Source: an uncultured Bacteroidota bacterium (GTDB lineage: Bacteria > Bacteroidota > Bacteroidia > Bacteroidales > CAIWKO01). Taken from it: DNA of 64,000 nt. How positions within the stretch are numbered: the first letter of the stretch is position 1; every line of letters begins with the position of its first letter. Made by a program: the position numbers and the translations under genes. Shown here piece after piece: positions 1 through 8,342 of the stretch. The stretch is taken from positions 2,277 through 66,276 of the forward strand of contig CALGYY010000117.1 in the NCBI GenBank assembly GCA_937934705.1, in the 5' to 3' direction. Below the pieces are notes generated by a model, which saw only the letters and a program-made list of their open reading frames with translations, ran no database searches and was not told where the DNA came from.

Positions 1-343
1 TTGCTTTATCTGCGTTGCCTATGTCAGTGAAGGAAAACTCCTTGATGGTTTTCTCTCCTCCATGAAATTCCATCTCTTGAGTACAAATTTCGCCTGATTC
101 ATCCTTTGAATATATGTGTCGCTCAAGCAATTCATCTGAGGGGTCATATTCAATGTATTCCTTTACCTCACCAGTATCAAAATACCTGTAGATTCTCTTG
201 CAAACCACATTTGATTCAGCATCATATTCAGTCTCATCGAGAGTATACCCGTTAGAATCAACAGTTCGTGTCTTATAAAGAATACGACTTGTTTCGTATT
301 TGTTTACGTCAAGCGTAATTTTGGTTGTAATCCAGTGCTTCAT
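1..343 (-). CDS. hypothetical protein, N-terminal part (ORF runs off the left edge of the window)
   Basis: My own minus-strand translation from the ATG at 343..341 gives MKHWITTKITLDVNKYETSRILYKTRTVDSNGYTLDETEYDAESNVVCKRIYRYFDTGEVKEYIEYDPSDELLERHIYSKDESGEICTQEMEFHGGEKTIKEFSFTDIGNADKA. It stays open for 114 codons to the window edge. It has recurrent aromatic-x-Y/F-D-x-x-G/E beta-hairpin-like repeats (MORN-variant/YD-like). It is absent from the supplied ORF track, presumably because it is truncated. Confidence 0.4.
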   Translation of the reverse strand, partial: MKHWITTKITLDVNKYETSRILYKTRTVDSNGYTLDETEYDAESNVVCKRIYRYFDTGEVKEYIEYDPSDELLERHIYSKDESGEICTQEMEFHGGEKTIKEFSFTDIGNADKA

Positions 344-628
344 GTTGAATGACAAGACTTAGGTGTTTAAAGGCCCTGGAATAACTTAACCTACAGTAGT
401 ATCTTGTGCACAAAAACTCCATTGAGGTTGAATTTAATCAGGGATAGTAATAAGTTCAGAGTACTAACGTATCATCTCTGACCTAATTTTTATAAGCTGC
501 AAATCGCTTTTGCTCTCCAAACTTTCCATGAGTATTAAATCGATTTTTAATAAAAAGTAAAGGGTGCTTTGTTGCCACTCTTTTTTATTCACTCCTGTTG
601 TAAAAAGATTCCCTGGCAGATGCTCAAC

Positions 629-781
629 TTAATTCTCAAGGTCATCAAAAACTACCATAAGGAAGCGATTGCTATTCCAGGATTCCTTCCAATCGTCGAA
701 TAATTCATCCGCTAATAATTCCCCAGCAATGGCTTTTGTGAGCAACTTTTTTATAGTCTGAATTTCTCTGATAGATATCAT
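629..781 (-). CDS. small hypothetical protein (50 aa)
   Basis: My own translation gives MISIREIQTIKKLLTKAIAGELLADELFDDWKESWNSNRFLMVVFDDLEN followed by a stop. It is below the size cutoff of the ORF track. The sequence is helical and acidic. It lies in the AT-rich island, and there is no other support. Confidence 0.25.
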   Translation of the reverse strand: MISIREIQTIKKLLTKAIAGELLADELFDDWKESWNSNRFLMVVFDDLEN

Positions 782-996
782 AACAGTTCCTTGCTCTAAG
801 ATTGGTCAGCGTTGTTAACTAATTGTCACAGTAATACTCGCACCACTATAAAACTACAAAAAATCTCATCTAAGATAATTAGATTCATCAAAATTTCGTT
901 CTTTTATACTAGAATTCAACATAATATTAATATTTTGTGGGAGTTTGGGGGATTTTGAATAATTTTAAAAGGTGGAACGTACACGGATTCTCAGTA

Positions 997-1581
997 ATGA
1001 CAAAATATCTGATAGGGATTTTTTTTGCTGTTTTTTTATTGACACAATCCTGTGGTCAATTTTCATCTCCAGGCACAGATTTGAAAGTAAATAACGAGGA
1101 GGAAACACTCACTGGGTCGAACTATGATAGACACCAATGGTTTGAGGATTTTGAATATGTGTCATTAGAGCAGTATAGAGAAGCAATCTCCGCCAGCAAT
1201 AAAGTAATCGCTTTCAATTGGAACGATGGGGAAACTAACCCAGCAAATGCGTACTGGTATGCGGTTGATGCTTATGGCAAATTTGATAATAGCACAGGGA
1301 AGAGAATAGAATTAGATGAGGAGCAACGGTTGGAGATAATCTCATTATTGACGGATTCTACAAATTACGACAACGCTGACGCTGGTGGGATTTATTTCAT
1401 TCCGCATATTGCATTTGTTTTTTATAGAATTGATAGCATTGTCGGGCAAGCGAATATCAGTTTTTTTCGTTTCCCTTCATTGAGGAATGTCCCAAAAAAC
1501 AAGCAGACCGCATTTAGCAAAAGAGGGTTTACAGAGATTAGGGCTTTTTGTTCTACTATTGGATTAAGAATAATTGAGTAA
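997..1581 (+). CDS. hypothetical lipoprotein
   Basis: This is the ORF 937..1581. The internal Met gives MTKYLIGIFFAVFLLTQSCG, a signal peptide plus lipobox (LTQSC). I recognise no family. It lies in the AT-rich island. Confidence 0.55.
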   Translation: MTKYLIGIFFAVFLLTQSCGQFSSPGTDLKVNNEEETLTGSNYDRHQWFEDFEYVSLEQYREAISASNKVIAFNWNDGETNPANAYWYAVDAYGKFDNSTGKRIELDEEQRLEIISLLTDSTNYDNADAGGIYFIPHIAFVFYRIDSIVGQANISFFRFPSLRNVPKNKQTAFSKRGFTEIRAFCSTIGLRIIE

Positions 1582-1685
1582 TATTATCAGAGAAAAGAGT
1601 CACTTTGGTGGAGAAATGAATGGATGAAATAATGCATCGACTAAAATCTCACGTATAATAGCTAAACACCTTTAATAAATATTCC

Positions 1686-2456
1686 ATGCGATACATGAAT
1701 TACGTTGGCTTGATGTTAATTGTGACGCTTTTACTGTCAAATTGCCGAAGTTCTAATACAGCTGATTCAGAAAAATCATTACAGGTCATTGAAGACAACA
1801 ACAAATTGCTTGAAAACCAAATCAACTCGATTGAGAAATCGTTTAAAGCGCTCGATTCAATTGCCTATACGACAGAATACTGGTATAAGTTCTATGTTCA
1901 ATTAAAAGCAAGTTCAGATAGTCTTATTTTGAATTTGAAAACGGACAAGTTTTCTAGTTCGCTTGAAAGTTATATTAAGACCTTCCCTTGCGAACTATTA
2001 GAGGTTGCCGATGAATTGAATGGAATAAAACACATACAAGAAGAAGTTCCAAATGCAGTGATAATAAATAAAATCAGAGCTATAGAACTGCGAATTGCTA
2101 ATTACTATTTTGAAGCATATTCATCTGGTAGTTTTTGGCGGTTTACAGGAATATGGCCTGTTGTTGTATCCTCAAATGATAACATTAAACTGGGGGATAG
2201 TTTTTCAGCGAAGGTTTATCTAGCAGGAATGAATGATATGATTTCCACAAGCGTATTCCTGTGTGAGGACATAGACACCAACACTTTTGAAATGCTAGGT
2301 AAAATAGATACGCTTGTTGTTAAAGATGGCGTGGCCATAATAAATTTAAAGACCGTGAAAAGGGGGAAGAACAAAATACAAGGAGCGTTCTTTTATAACA
2401 GGCCATCGGGCTCTAAAGCAGGATTCCCCTTTGTTAAGGAATTTACTGTATACTGA
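1686..2456 (+). CDS. hypothetical lipoprotein with a coiled-coil N-terminus and a beta-rich C-terminus (weakly GldM-C/Ig-like)
   Basis: The N-terminus is MRYMNYVGLMLIVTLLLSNCRSS, with a lipobox (LLSNC). The C-terminal pattern (KLGDSFSAKVYLAG...VKDGVAIINLKT...GKNKIQGAFFY...FTVY) is reminiscent of Ig-like GldM C-terminal domains. That similarity is judged by eye only. Confidence 0.55.
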   Translation: MRYMNYVGLMLIVTLLLSNCRSSNTADSEKSLQVIEDNNKLLENQINSIEKSFKALDSIAYTTEYWYKFYVQLKASSDSLILNLKTDKFSSSLESYIKTFPCELLEVADELNGIKHIQEEVPNAVIINKIRAIELRIANYYFEAYSSGSFWRFTGIWPVVVSSNDNIKLGDSFSAKVYLAGMNDMISTSVFLCEDIDTNTFEMLGKIDTLVVKDGVAIINLKTVKRGKNKIQGAFFYNRPSGSKAGFPFVKEFTVY

Positions 2457-2467
2457 GATAAATAAGG

Positions 2468-3076
2468 ATGGGGAAAGGGAACATCCATATGTCTTTCAAA
2501 GGCACCTGTTTGCAAAGCAACGTGAGAACTCATCTGATAGTCCTTCTCTTGGGGTCCTTCATGATTAGTGCCTGTTCAAATGACCAGCAGCGAACTTGGT
2601 GCTATAGTGAGGTCTTTGAATATGTTGATGAACAGAATCCCTCCGATACTTGTTACTTCTATGCGTATACCGACCTTGATGCCGCAATAAGCTGTGCAAA
2701 AGTTCAAAAGAAAAACATTCTGGTGATTTTTTCAGGTTGGGGGGTATTAGCTGTGCCAAAGCAGGAATGGAGAACACTTAGCTTATACAATGACAACGAT
2801 TACATCCAATCAAACTTTGTCATAGCCTGGTTGCCTGTGGATGACAAAACATTGCTTAGCGACACCACCAGCATTGCCGTGTTTGATAACGATTCCATAA
2901 GGGTTAAAACTGTTGGCGGGAAAAACTTGATGTTGGAACGCAACCTTCTCCAATCAACATCACAACCAGCTCTATGTTTTGTTGACACGAATCTTCAGAA
3001 AACAGGCGGCACAATAAGATACACTAAGGACCGCAAGGAGGTTGAAGAGTTTATTAAGAGTGGTTTGTCGGAGTGA
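2468..3076 (+). CDS. hypothetical lipoprotein with a thioredoxin-like fold lacking CxxC
   Basis: It has a signal peptide and lipobox (LLLGSFMISACSN). The segment KKNILVIFSGWGVLAVPKQEW aligns by eye with the DsbD-C/Thioredoxin_7 pattern (..DFTGWACVNCRKME..), but both cysteines are replaced. The true start may be the internal Met at 2489. Confidence 0.5.
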   Translation: MGKGNIHMSFKGTCLQSNVRTHLIVLLLGSFMISACSNDQQRTWCYSEVFEYVDEQNPSDTCYFYAYTDLDAAISCAKVQKKNILVIFSGWGVLAVPKQEWRTLSLYNDNDYIQSNFVIAWLPVDDKTLLSDTTSIAVFDNDSIRVKTVGGKNLMLERNLLQSTSQPALCFVDTNLQKTGGTIRYTKDRKEVEEFIKSGLSE

Positions 3077-3259
3077 AAACAATATTCTGGGGACGTCTTG
3101 TTTCTTTAAATCTGGTCTTTTGTTAACCAGCTAGAATAACCATGGACCAATGGTGCTGGTAATGCGCCATCAGCAGGTGGCTAACCTATTCGAATCCTTC
3201 AAAGTATACTTCCTCAAAAAAAATTCTGTTAAAAAATTGTTTTTTGGTTTGTAATTTCT

Positions 3260-3267
3260 TATATTTG
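3260..3267 (+). promoter_or_regulatory. candidate Bacteroidota -7 promoter box (TATATTTG)
   Basis: It matches the TAnnTTTG consensus. A TTG lies about 20 nt upstream (3237..3239). It sits upstream of the HTH gene and its structured leader. Confidence 0.25.
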
Positions 3268-3495
3268 TAGGACTTAAAAAAACATATTTTGGTAACGCGT
3301 TGAATAACAATTGATAACATGAGACGCGTTATTTAACCAGATGATAATAAGCCAATGCTGTGGTGGCAAGACCTTGAATAAAAAAGGTCAACTTTTCCCC
3401 TCAGTCTCGCAATGGCCCAGTGAATCAACCGCGTAAGCGTTTGTGTTTGGAGTCCTGTGAGAATGAGGGTTTTTTATTGTCACAACAACAGTAAA

Positions 3496-3795
3496 ATGGA
3501 TAGAATTGAAAAAGCATTTAGTGACGTAATGAGAGCAGTTGAGATTCTGAAGGCTGAAATTGACTTGAAGAAAAGGATGGACAACATCAGTGAGGTAGCA
3601 AAAAATGAAATAGGAAGCTCACGGGTGTTAAGCAGTGTGGAAGCATGCAGGGCAGCTATGATAACCCCTCCAACACTACGAAGGTACAGAGACGACGGCA
3701 TCATAGAAACAAAAAGGGTTGGCAGCAGGGTGTTTTACAAGGAGGAAGATATTATGAGATTAGCCGCGCTGGTCCACCCAAGAAGAGTTCAATAG
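3496..3795 (+). CDS. helix-turn-helix (MerR/excisionase-type) DNA-binding protein
   Basis: The ORF is 3457..3795. I prefer the ATG at 3496 (MDRIEKAF...), because codons 1-13 overlap a hairpin plus T-run. The segment ACRAAMITPPTLRRYRDDGIIETKRVGSRVFYKEEDIMRL is a typical excisionase-family HTH of Bacteroidota mobile elements. Confidence 0.7.
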   Translation: MDRIEKAFSDVMRAVEILKAEIDLKKRMDNISEVAKNEIGSSRVLSSVEACRAAMITPPTLRRYRDDGIIETKRVGSRVFYKEEDIMRLAALVHPRRVQ

Positions 3796-3822
3796 AAAAC
3801 GTTGGAAAAGTGAATGAGCAAA

Positions 3823-3857
3823 AGAAGCTGGGCAATTACCCAGCTTCTTTTTTTCTA
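3823..3857 (+). terminator. rho-independent terminator of the HTH gene
   Basis: The stem AAGAAGCTGGG (3823..3833) pairs perfectly (11 bp) with CCCAGCTTCTT (3840..3850) across a 6-nt loop. A T-run follows. Confidence 0.8.
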
Positions 3858-3905
3858 CGTTTTTTCTACATCTAAATGTAAACGACTGTATGTCAGAACT
3901 AAAAG

Positions 3906-3979
3906 TGGTCCCTGAAGGACTTGAACCTTCGACCAATAGATTATGAGTCTACTGCTCTAACCAACTGAGCTAAGGGACC
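3906..3979 (-). tRNA. tRNA with CAU anticodon, most likely the lysidine-dependent tRNA-Ile2 (alternatively elongator tRNA-Met)
   Basis: The minus strand reads GGTCCCTTAGCTCAGTTGGTTAGAGCAGTAGACTCATAATCTATTGGTCGAAGGTTCAAGTCCTTCAGGGACCA. I folded the cloverleaf by hand: acceptor GGTCCCT/AGGGACC, D arm GCTC/GAGC, anticodon stem GTAGA/TCTAT with loop CTCATAA, and T arm GAAGG/CCTTC. It closely resembles E. coli ileX, including C4 and C5 and the TGGTC variable loop. It has no initiator features. CCA is not encoded. Confidence 0.93.
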
Positions 3980-4008
3980 GGAGCGGAAAAACCGCTACTT
4001 TTGCGGGG

Positions 4009-4016
4009 CAAAGATA
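4009..4016 (-). promoter_or_regulatory. candidate -7 promoter box (TATCTTTG) for the tRNA
   Basis: The minus strand reads ..TTTTGCATTTCACAAATTTATTATCTTTGCCCC.., about 30 nt upstream of the mature tRNA 5' end. It matches TAnnTTTG, with an upstream TTTG. Confidence 0.4.
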
Positions 4017-4109
4017 ATAAATTTGTGAAATGCAAAAGGGGGAAGGGTATCATCCCCCGAGCCTTTCTTCAATTGGAGCGTCTCACTAAATGAATCCGGA
4101 ACCAAGACC

Positions 4110-4763
4110 ATGATCAGGAATATCATATTTGATTTCGGGGGTGTGATCATCGATATTGATTTTCAGCGGACCATAGATGCTTTTAAGGTCATGGGCGCGA
4201 AGGATTTCGACCTCAGATTCAGCCAGGCTTCACAAAGCGGGATCTTCGACGAACTCGACAAAGGCCGCATCAGCGAAGATGAATTCACAGAAACCCTGCG
4301 GCAATGGCTGCCGCCCGGAATCAGCCGGGAAGAGGTGCGTGAAGCCTGGAACCGCATCATCCTCGACATTCCCTCAGAACGCATTCTCCTGCTGCAGTCG
4401 CTGAAAAACAATTACCGCACTTTCCTGCTGAGCAATACCAACAGCATTCACTACGCACTGTATACCGACGACCTGAAACGGCAGCACGGGATCTCCGGCC
4501 TTCACGCACTGTTTGAAAAGGTCTTTCTCTCTTTCGAACTGGGCATGCGCAAACCCGATCGGGAGATCTTTGAATATGTTTTCCGTGTGAGCGGGTGCAG
4601 CAGAGAAGAAAGCCTGTTCATCGACGATTCCCTGCACATCGCCGAAGCTGCCTGTACTTACGGCATACCGGTGTATTGGCTGCAGAAGGGACAAGAGGTG
4701 GGTGATCTTTTCGAAGACGGCTTGCTCAGGAAGGATCTGGACATCTGGTTTCAGAAAGCCTGA
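4110..4763 (+). CDS. HAD-superfamily hydrolase (subfamily IA phosphatase-like)
   Basis: Motifs seen are IIFDFGGVIIDID (motif I), LLSNTN (motif II) and K...LFIDDS (motifs III/IV). Confidence 0.85.
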   Translation: MIRNIIFDFGGVIIDIDFQRTIDAFKVMGAKDFDLRFSQASQSGIFDELDKGRISEDEFTETLRQWLPPGISREEVREAWNRIILDIPSERILLLQSLKNNYRTFLLSNTNSIHYALYTDDLKRQHGISGLHALFEKVFLSFELGMRKPDREIFEYVFRVSGCSREESLFIDDSLHIAEAACTYGIPVYWLQKGQEVGDLFEDGLLRKDLDIWFQKA

Positions 4764-5731
4764 TCCTGCTCCGCCTCCTGCAGGATCTGCAGGCTTTCTT
4801 CCAGATCCGTGCTTAGCATCAGCCGCATACGGTAAGGCTTAAAGCCGGCAATACCTCTGAAATATCCGGCATAATGCTTACGGATCTCGATCACCGCCCG
4901 CCGCTCGCCTTTCCATGCCGCAGAGGCCAGGAGATGCTGCCTGCAGACTGCAACACGTTCGCTGAATGAGGGCGGCTTCAGGATAACATCCCGCTCCAGG
5001 AAGGTTCTCACCTCCCTGAAAATCCAGGGATAACCCATTGCTGCGCGGCCGATCATCAGTCCGTCGACTCCATAGCGGTCAAGCATTTCTGCGGCTACGA
5101 AAGCACTGTTGATATCCCCGTTCCCGAAGACCGGGATCTGCATGGCCGGATTGTTCTTTACCGCGCCGATCAGGCTCCAGTCGGCCTTTCCGCCGTACAT
5201 CTGCGCCCGGGTGCGCCCGTGTATGGTGATGGCGGCGATGCCGCAGTCCTGAAGCTGCACGGCCCATTCCACAATGTTCCTGCTCCGTTCATCCCAGCCG
5301 GTCCGCGTTTTCACCGTCACCGGAACAGATACTGCCCGGCATACCCGTCGGGTGATCTCCAGCATCAGTTCCGGGGTCTTCAGCATGGCCGCACCGCAGC
5401 CCTTACTCACGATCTTGCTGACCGGGCAGCCGAAGTTCAGGTCGATCAGGTCGGGCTTCAGTTCTCCAGCCAGCACAGCGGCCTCCGCCAGGCGGTCGGG
5501 ATCGTTACCAAACAACTGTATCCCCAGGGGACGCTCCGCATCGGCGAATTCCAGCTTGCGCCGGCTCTTTTCTATTCCCCGGATCAGTCCTTCCGAGGCA
5601 ACGAATTCCGTATACGCCAGGTCCACCCCGTAAGGCTTGCATATCCTCCGGAAAGGAGGATCGGTGATGTCTTCCATGGTGGCCAGCAGGAGCGGTCGCT
5701 CAGGCAGTTCAAGAGTTCCGATTTTCAGCAT
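4751..5731 (-). CDS. dusB: tRNA-dihydrouridine synthase
   Basis: Motifs LATMEDITDPPFRRIC, DLNFGCP and ITIHGRT are present. The length (326 aa) is typical of the Dus family. Confidence 0.88.
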   Translation of the reverse strand: MLKIGTLELPERPLLLATMEDITDPPFRRICKPYGVDLAYTEFVASEGLIRGIEKSRRKLEFADAERPLGIQLFGNDPDRLAEAAVLAGELKPDLIDLNFGCPVSKIVSKGCGAAMLKTPELMLEITRRVCRAVSVPVTVKTRTGWDERSRNIVEWAVQLQDCGIAAITIHGRTRAQMYGGKADWSLIGAVKNNPAMQIPVFGNGDINSAFVAAEMLDRYGVDGLMIGRAAMGYPWIFREVRTFLERDVILKPPSFSERVAVCRQHLLASAAWKGERRAVIEIRKHYAGYFRGIAGFKPYRMRLMLSTDLEESLQILQEAEQDQAF

Positions 5732-5789
5732 GCTTCATCCTTCACAGCGGTTCACAAAATTATTCTAATTTCGGCACAAATTCCTGACT

Positions 5790-6731
5790 ATGCAATTCCA
5801 TCCCCCTTTCGAACGACATCCCGCCTGGCTCAGGCTGATCCTGCTGGGCGTGATCATCGTGGCCAGTCTTTTCCTCCTTTCCATGCTGGGATTACTGATC
5901 GCCACAGCGATCTTCGGACCGGGCGTAACGGAAAACCTTTCGTCGCTGAACCAGCTCTCTGATCCCGCGGCGGTCAGGCAGTTGAAATTTTTCCAGATCA
6001 TCTCACAACTGGGTCTCTTCATCATCCCCGCTATTCTCTTCACCCTGCTCAGCAGCAGCAACAGAACGGCCTACCTTCAGATGGGAAAACCTGTTCCGGC
6101 GCTTCACCTTCTGGCCGCCCCCGCCATCATGCTCCTGGGCCTCCCGCTCATCAACCTGTTGCTGGAATGGAATATGGCGCTCAGTCTGCCTGACTCCATG
6201 GCCGGACTTGAGCAATGGATGCGTGCATCAGAAGACCAGGCCGCAAGGGTCACCGAGGCCTTCCTGCTCAGCGCGGGAACCGGCGATCTCATCGTCAATA
6301 TTCTGATGATCGCGATACTTCCGGCCCTGGGTGAGGAGTTGATCTTCCGGGGACTGCTTCAGCGATTGTTGCATGAATGGATCAAAAATATTCACATTGC
6401 CATTATCATTTCTGCAATGGTGTTCAGCTTCATCCACTTTCAGTTCTATGGTTTTTTGCCGCGTTTCCTGATGGGCATGCTCTTCGGTTACCTGCTCTAC
6501 TGGTCCGGATCGCTGTGGGTTCCCATCCTCGCCCACCTGGTGAACAATGGCACCGCGGTGATTGTGGCCTGGGTCTCGGTGAAGTACTTCCCGGAAATGG
6601 ACTTCAATACTTTCGGGCGCAGCGACCAGTTGTGGGTGAATCTCTGCAGTGCCGCCGCTGTCATCCTGGTCCTTTTGGTCTGCTGGCTCAGGCGCCGGAG
6701 GCAGCCACCGGCGGGTCTTTCCGTGCAATAA
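5790..6731 (+). CDS. CPBP-family intramembrane glutamic endopeptidase (CAAX protease-like)
   Basis: It is a polytopic membrane protein with the motifs EELIFRGLLQ, FSFIHF and AHLVNN. Confidence 0.85.
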   Translation: MQFHPPFERHPAWLRLILLGVIIVASLFLLSMLGLLIATAIFGPGVTENLSSLNQLSDPAAVRQLKFFQIISQLGLFIIPAILFTLLSSSNRTAYLQMGKPVPALHLLAAPAIMLLGLPLINLLLEWNMALSLPDSMAGLEQWMRASEDQAARVTEAFLLSAGTGDLIVNILMIAILPALGEELIFRGLLQRLLHEWIKNIHIAIIISAMVFSFIHFQFYGFLPRFLMGMLFGYLLYWSGSLWVPILAHLVNNGTAVIVAWVSVKYFPEMDFNTFGRSDQLWVNLCSAAAVILVLLVCWLRRRRQPPAGLSVQ

Positions 6732-7641
6732 GCATCAGCTGAACCTGGCTGCGGGTGAGTACCGACATCAGACCAAATGGCCATGCGGCCAGGTTGATCC
6801 ACCAGGATTTACTGAAGACAGGAAATGCTTTCCAGAAAGGATAGCTTCCTCCGAAGCCACGTAATGATAAAACGCTCATCCCGTTCAGGGCGCTCAGCGT
6901 ACGCAGTGATTTTCGGTTGAAACCCTGAATATGGTAGGGGGTGACAAATGGCTTGATTTTACCATATTTTTCCGCACGTCCGCTGAGGGTGTAAACCCAT
7001 TTGATCAGGCCGTTCATGAGGCAGTCTTCGTTGGGGACGATCATGAGGAACAATCCACCGGGTTTCAGTATCCTGAAAATCTCTTTCATGGCATCGGCAG
7101 GATGCGGTACATGCTCCATGACAGAATCCATGTAAACCACGCTGAAGAATGCATCGGGATAGGCGGCCTGTGCCAGGCTGCCTTCGAAGAACGGAAAACG
7201 GTTTTCGAAACAGGGCTCGAGATTACGGGCCAGATCCAGTCCGTAAGGCTCATAAGCGGCACTGGCAGCCTTTTCGAGCATATAACCCTGACCACATCCC
7301 AGATCGAGGAGTTTTTCTTTCATCTGCACCTGCGGATTTCTGTTCTGCCTGTAGCGGCCGATCAGGGCCAGACGCTGGTTCAGTTCCCTGTTGTTCAGCC
7401 TGATCTGCCAGGGCGATTTCACGCTGCCGGCAAAATAGTCCTGCTTGTAAAGCTCCCGCCACTCTGCCGGGCTCAGGTCAATTTCGGGATCGATAAAAAG
7501 AAAGCGACAGTGACGGCAGCGTACGATATGGTAATTCCTTTCGTTCAGCCGGGGAAAATTTTCATTCACCCTCGGGCGACCGTTATCCGCGAGTTCCTGA
7601 TGGCTGCAAACAGGGCAGGGAGAATGAGTTTTCATGTCCAT
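6688..7641 (-). CDS. class I SAM-dependent methyltransferase with an N-terminal 4-Cys zinc-ribbon-like segment
   Basis: It has CPVC...CRHC at the N-terminus. LLDLGCGQGY is SAM motif I, and ILKPGGLFLMIVPN is also present. Confidence 0.8.
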   Translation of the reverse strand: MDMKTHSPCPVCSHQELADNGRPRVNENFPRLNERNYHIVRCRHCRFLFIDPEIDLSPAEWRELYKQDYFAGSVKSPWQIRLNNRELNQRLALIGRYRQNRNPQVQMKEKLLDLGCGQGYMLEKAASAAYEPYGLDLARNLEPCFENRFPFFEGSLAQAAYPDAFFSVVYMDSVMEHVPHPADAMKEIFRILKPGGLFLMIVPNEDCLMNGLIKWVYTLSGRAEKYGKIKPFVTPYHIQGFNRKSLRTLSALNGMSVLSLRGFGGSYPFWKAFPVFSKSWWINLAAWPFGLMSVLTRSQVQLMLIARKDPPVAASGA

Positions 7642-7692
7642 CCGTCGGGTGAAACTCCGTCAACCGACTTTAGCTGGTTGGTTCACAAAAAC

Positions 7693-8109
7693 TTACTTAC
7701 GCGAGGCCGTGCCGGGTTTCGCCCAGGCTTCGATCACTGCTGAACGGTTCTCCGTGGCAGTGCCCTGATAGAAAACCTGAATTTTGGTAATGACACAATT
7801 TGTGCAGTTCAGTGTGATGGAGGGACATTCGCCACCGGCGGTGAACTGATGATTGAGGGCCACATTCTGGGTGCTGCCATCGCGAAAGCCAATAACAACA
7901 CGGCTGACCTTAATGGCCACATTTTTGACCTTAAATTTTAGTTCGCTCATGGCGCCGGCATCACCGGAGGGGAACATATTGGCATTGTCAACCCCAAGGT
8001 TCAGGGAGGTTTCTCCCAGTTTGACCCATGACACGTTCTGGGCAGAGGATAGGGTTGCGCTTGCTCCTGAGAGCAGGATAGTGAGCAGGAGGACAGTGAA
8101 AGTTCTCAT
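7693..8109 (-). CDS. secreted hypothetical protein
   Basis: The signal peptide is MRTFTVLLLTILLSGASATLSSA|QNV. The protein is small and beta-rich, and I recognise no family. Confidence 0.6.
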   Translation of the reverse strand: MRTFTVLLLTILLSGASATLSSAQNVSWVKLGETSLNLGVDNANMFPSGDAGAMSELKFKVKNVAIKVSRVVIGFRDGSTQNVALNHQFTAGGECPSITLNCTNCVITKIQVFYQGTATENRSAVIEAWAKPGTASRK

Positions 8110-8342
8110 CGTTAATGGTTTTTGGGATTCAAATATAGTAATACTTCACGACATCCACAGGTAAGTCTTAAAAACCCGCCTGACTCTCAGACTACTCCGT
8201 TTCAACACTTATAAATCTCTGAGGAAACGCTCATTCCGGAGGTGAGGCTTGCCTTATTAACCGGGCTTTGTGAGTAAATCCGGAGGGGGAGGCTGAAATG
8301 GCAGCAGGCGGCATCGTATTTTTATCCCCCTAAAATCCTATT

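Noticed and set aside
371-391. A possible degenerate copy of the tRNA 3' end (AGGCCCTGGAATAACTTAACC versus TGGTCCCTGAAGGACTTGAACC) could mark a second att site.
   Set aside because: Identity is only about 70% and needs an indel. AT-rich composition continues to the left of it, so it does not behave like an island boundary. It is probably chance.
3186-3197. A TTCGAATCC string resembles a tRNA T-loop.
   Set aside because: The flanking bases cannot form a T-stem, and no acceptor, D or anticodon arms can be drawn. It is not a tRNA or tRNA fragment.
5219-5962. Long ORFs lie antisense to confidently assigned genes. This one (247 aa) is antisense to dusB. Others are 6931..7743, 11278..12009, 20961..21542, 25756..26433, 32069..32631, 39029..39571, 42233..42901, 45732..46547, 52666..53283 and 55294..55776.
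   Set aside because: They are shadow ORFs of strongly supported genes on the opposite strand. Their translations are Arg/Pro/His/Gly-rich, low-complexity and motif-free, as expected from codon-bias mirroring in ~50-60% GC coding DNA.
6688-6731. The 3' ends of the convergent CPBP protease and methyltransferase genes overlap by 44 nt.
   Set aside because: Both ORFs have good family motifs and fixed stop codons. A convergent tail overlap is uncommon but unremarkable. I saw no regulatory structure in it.
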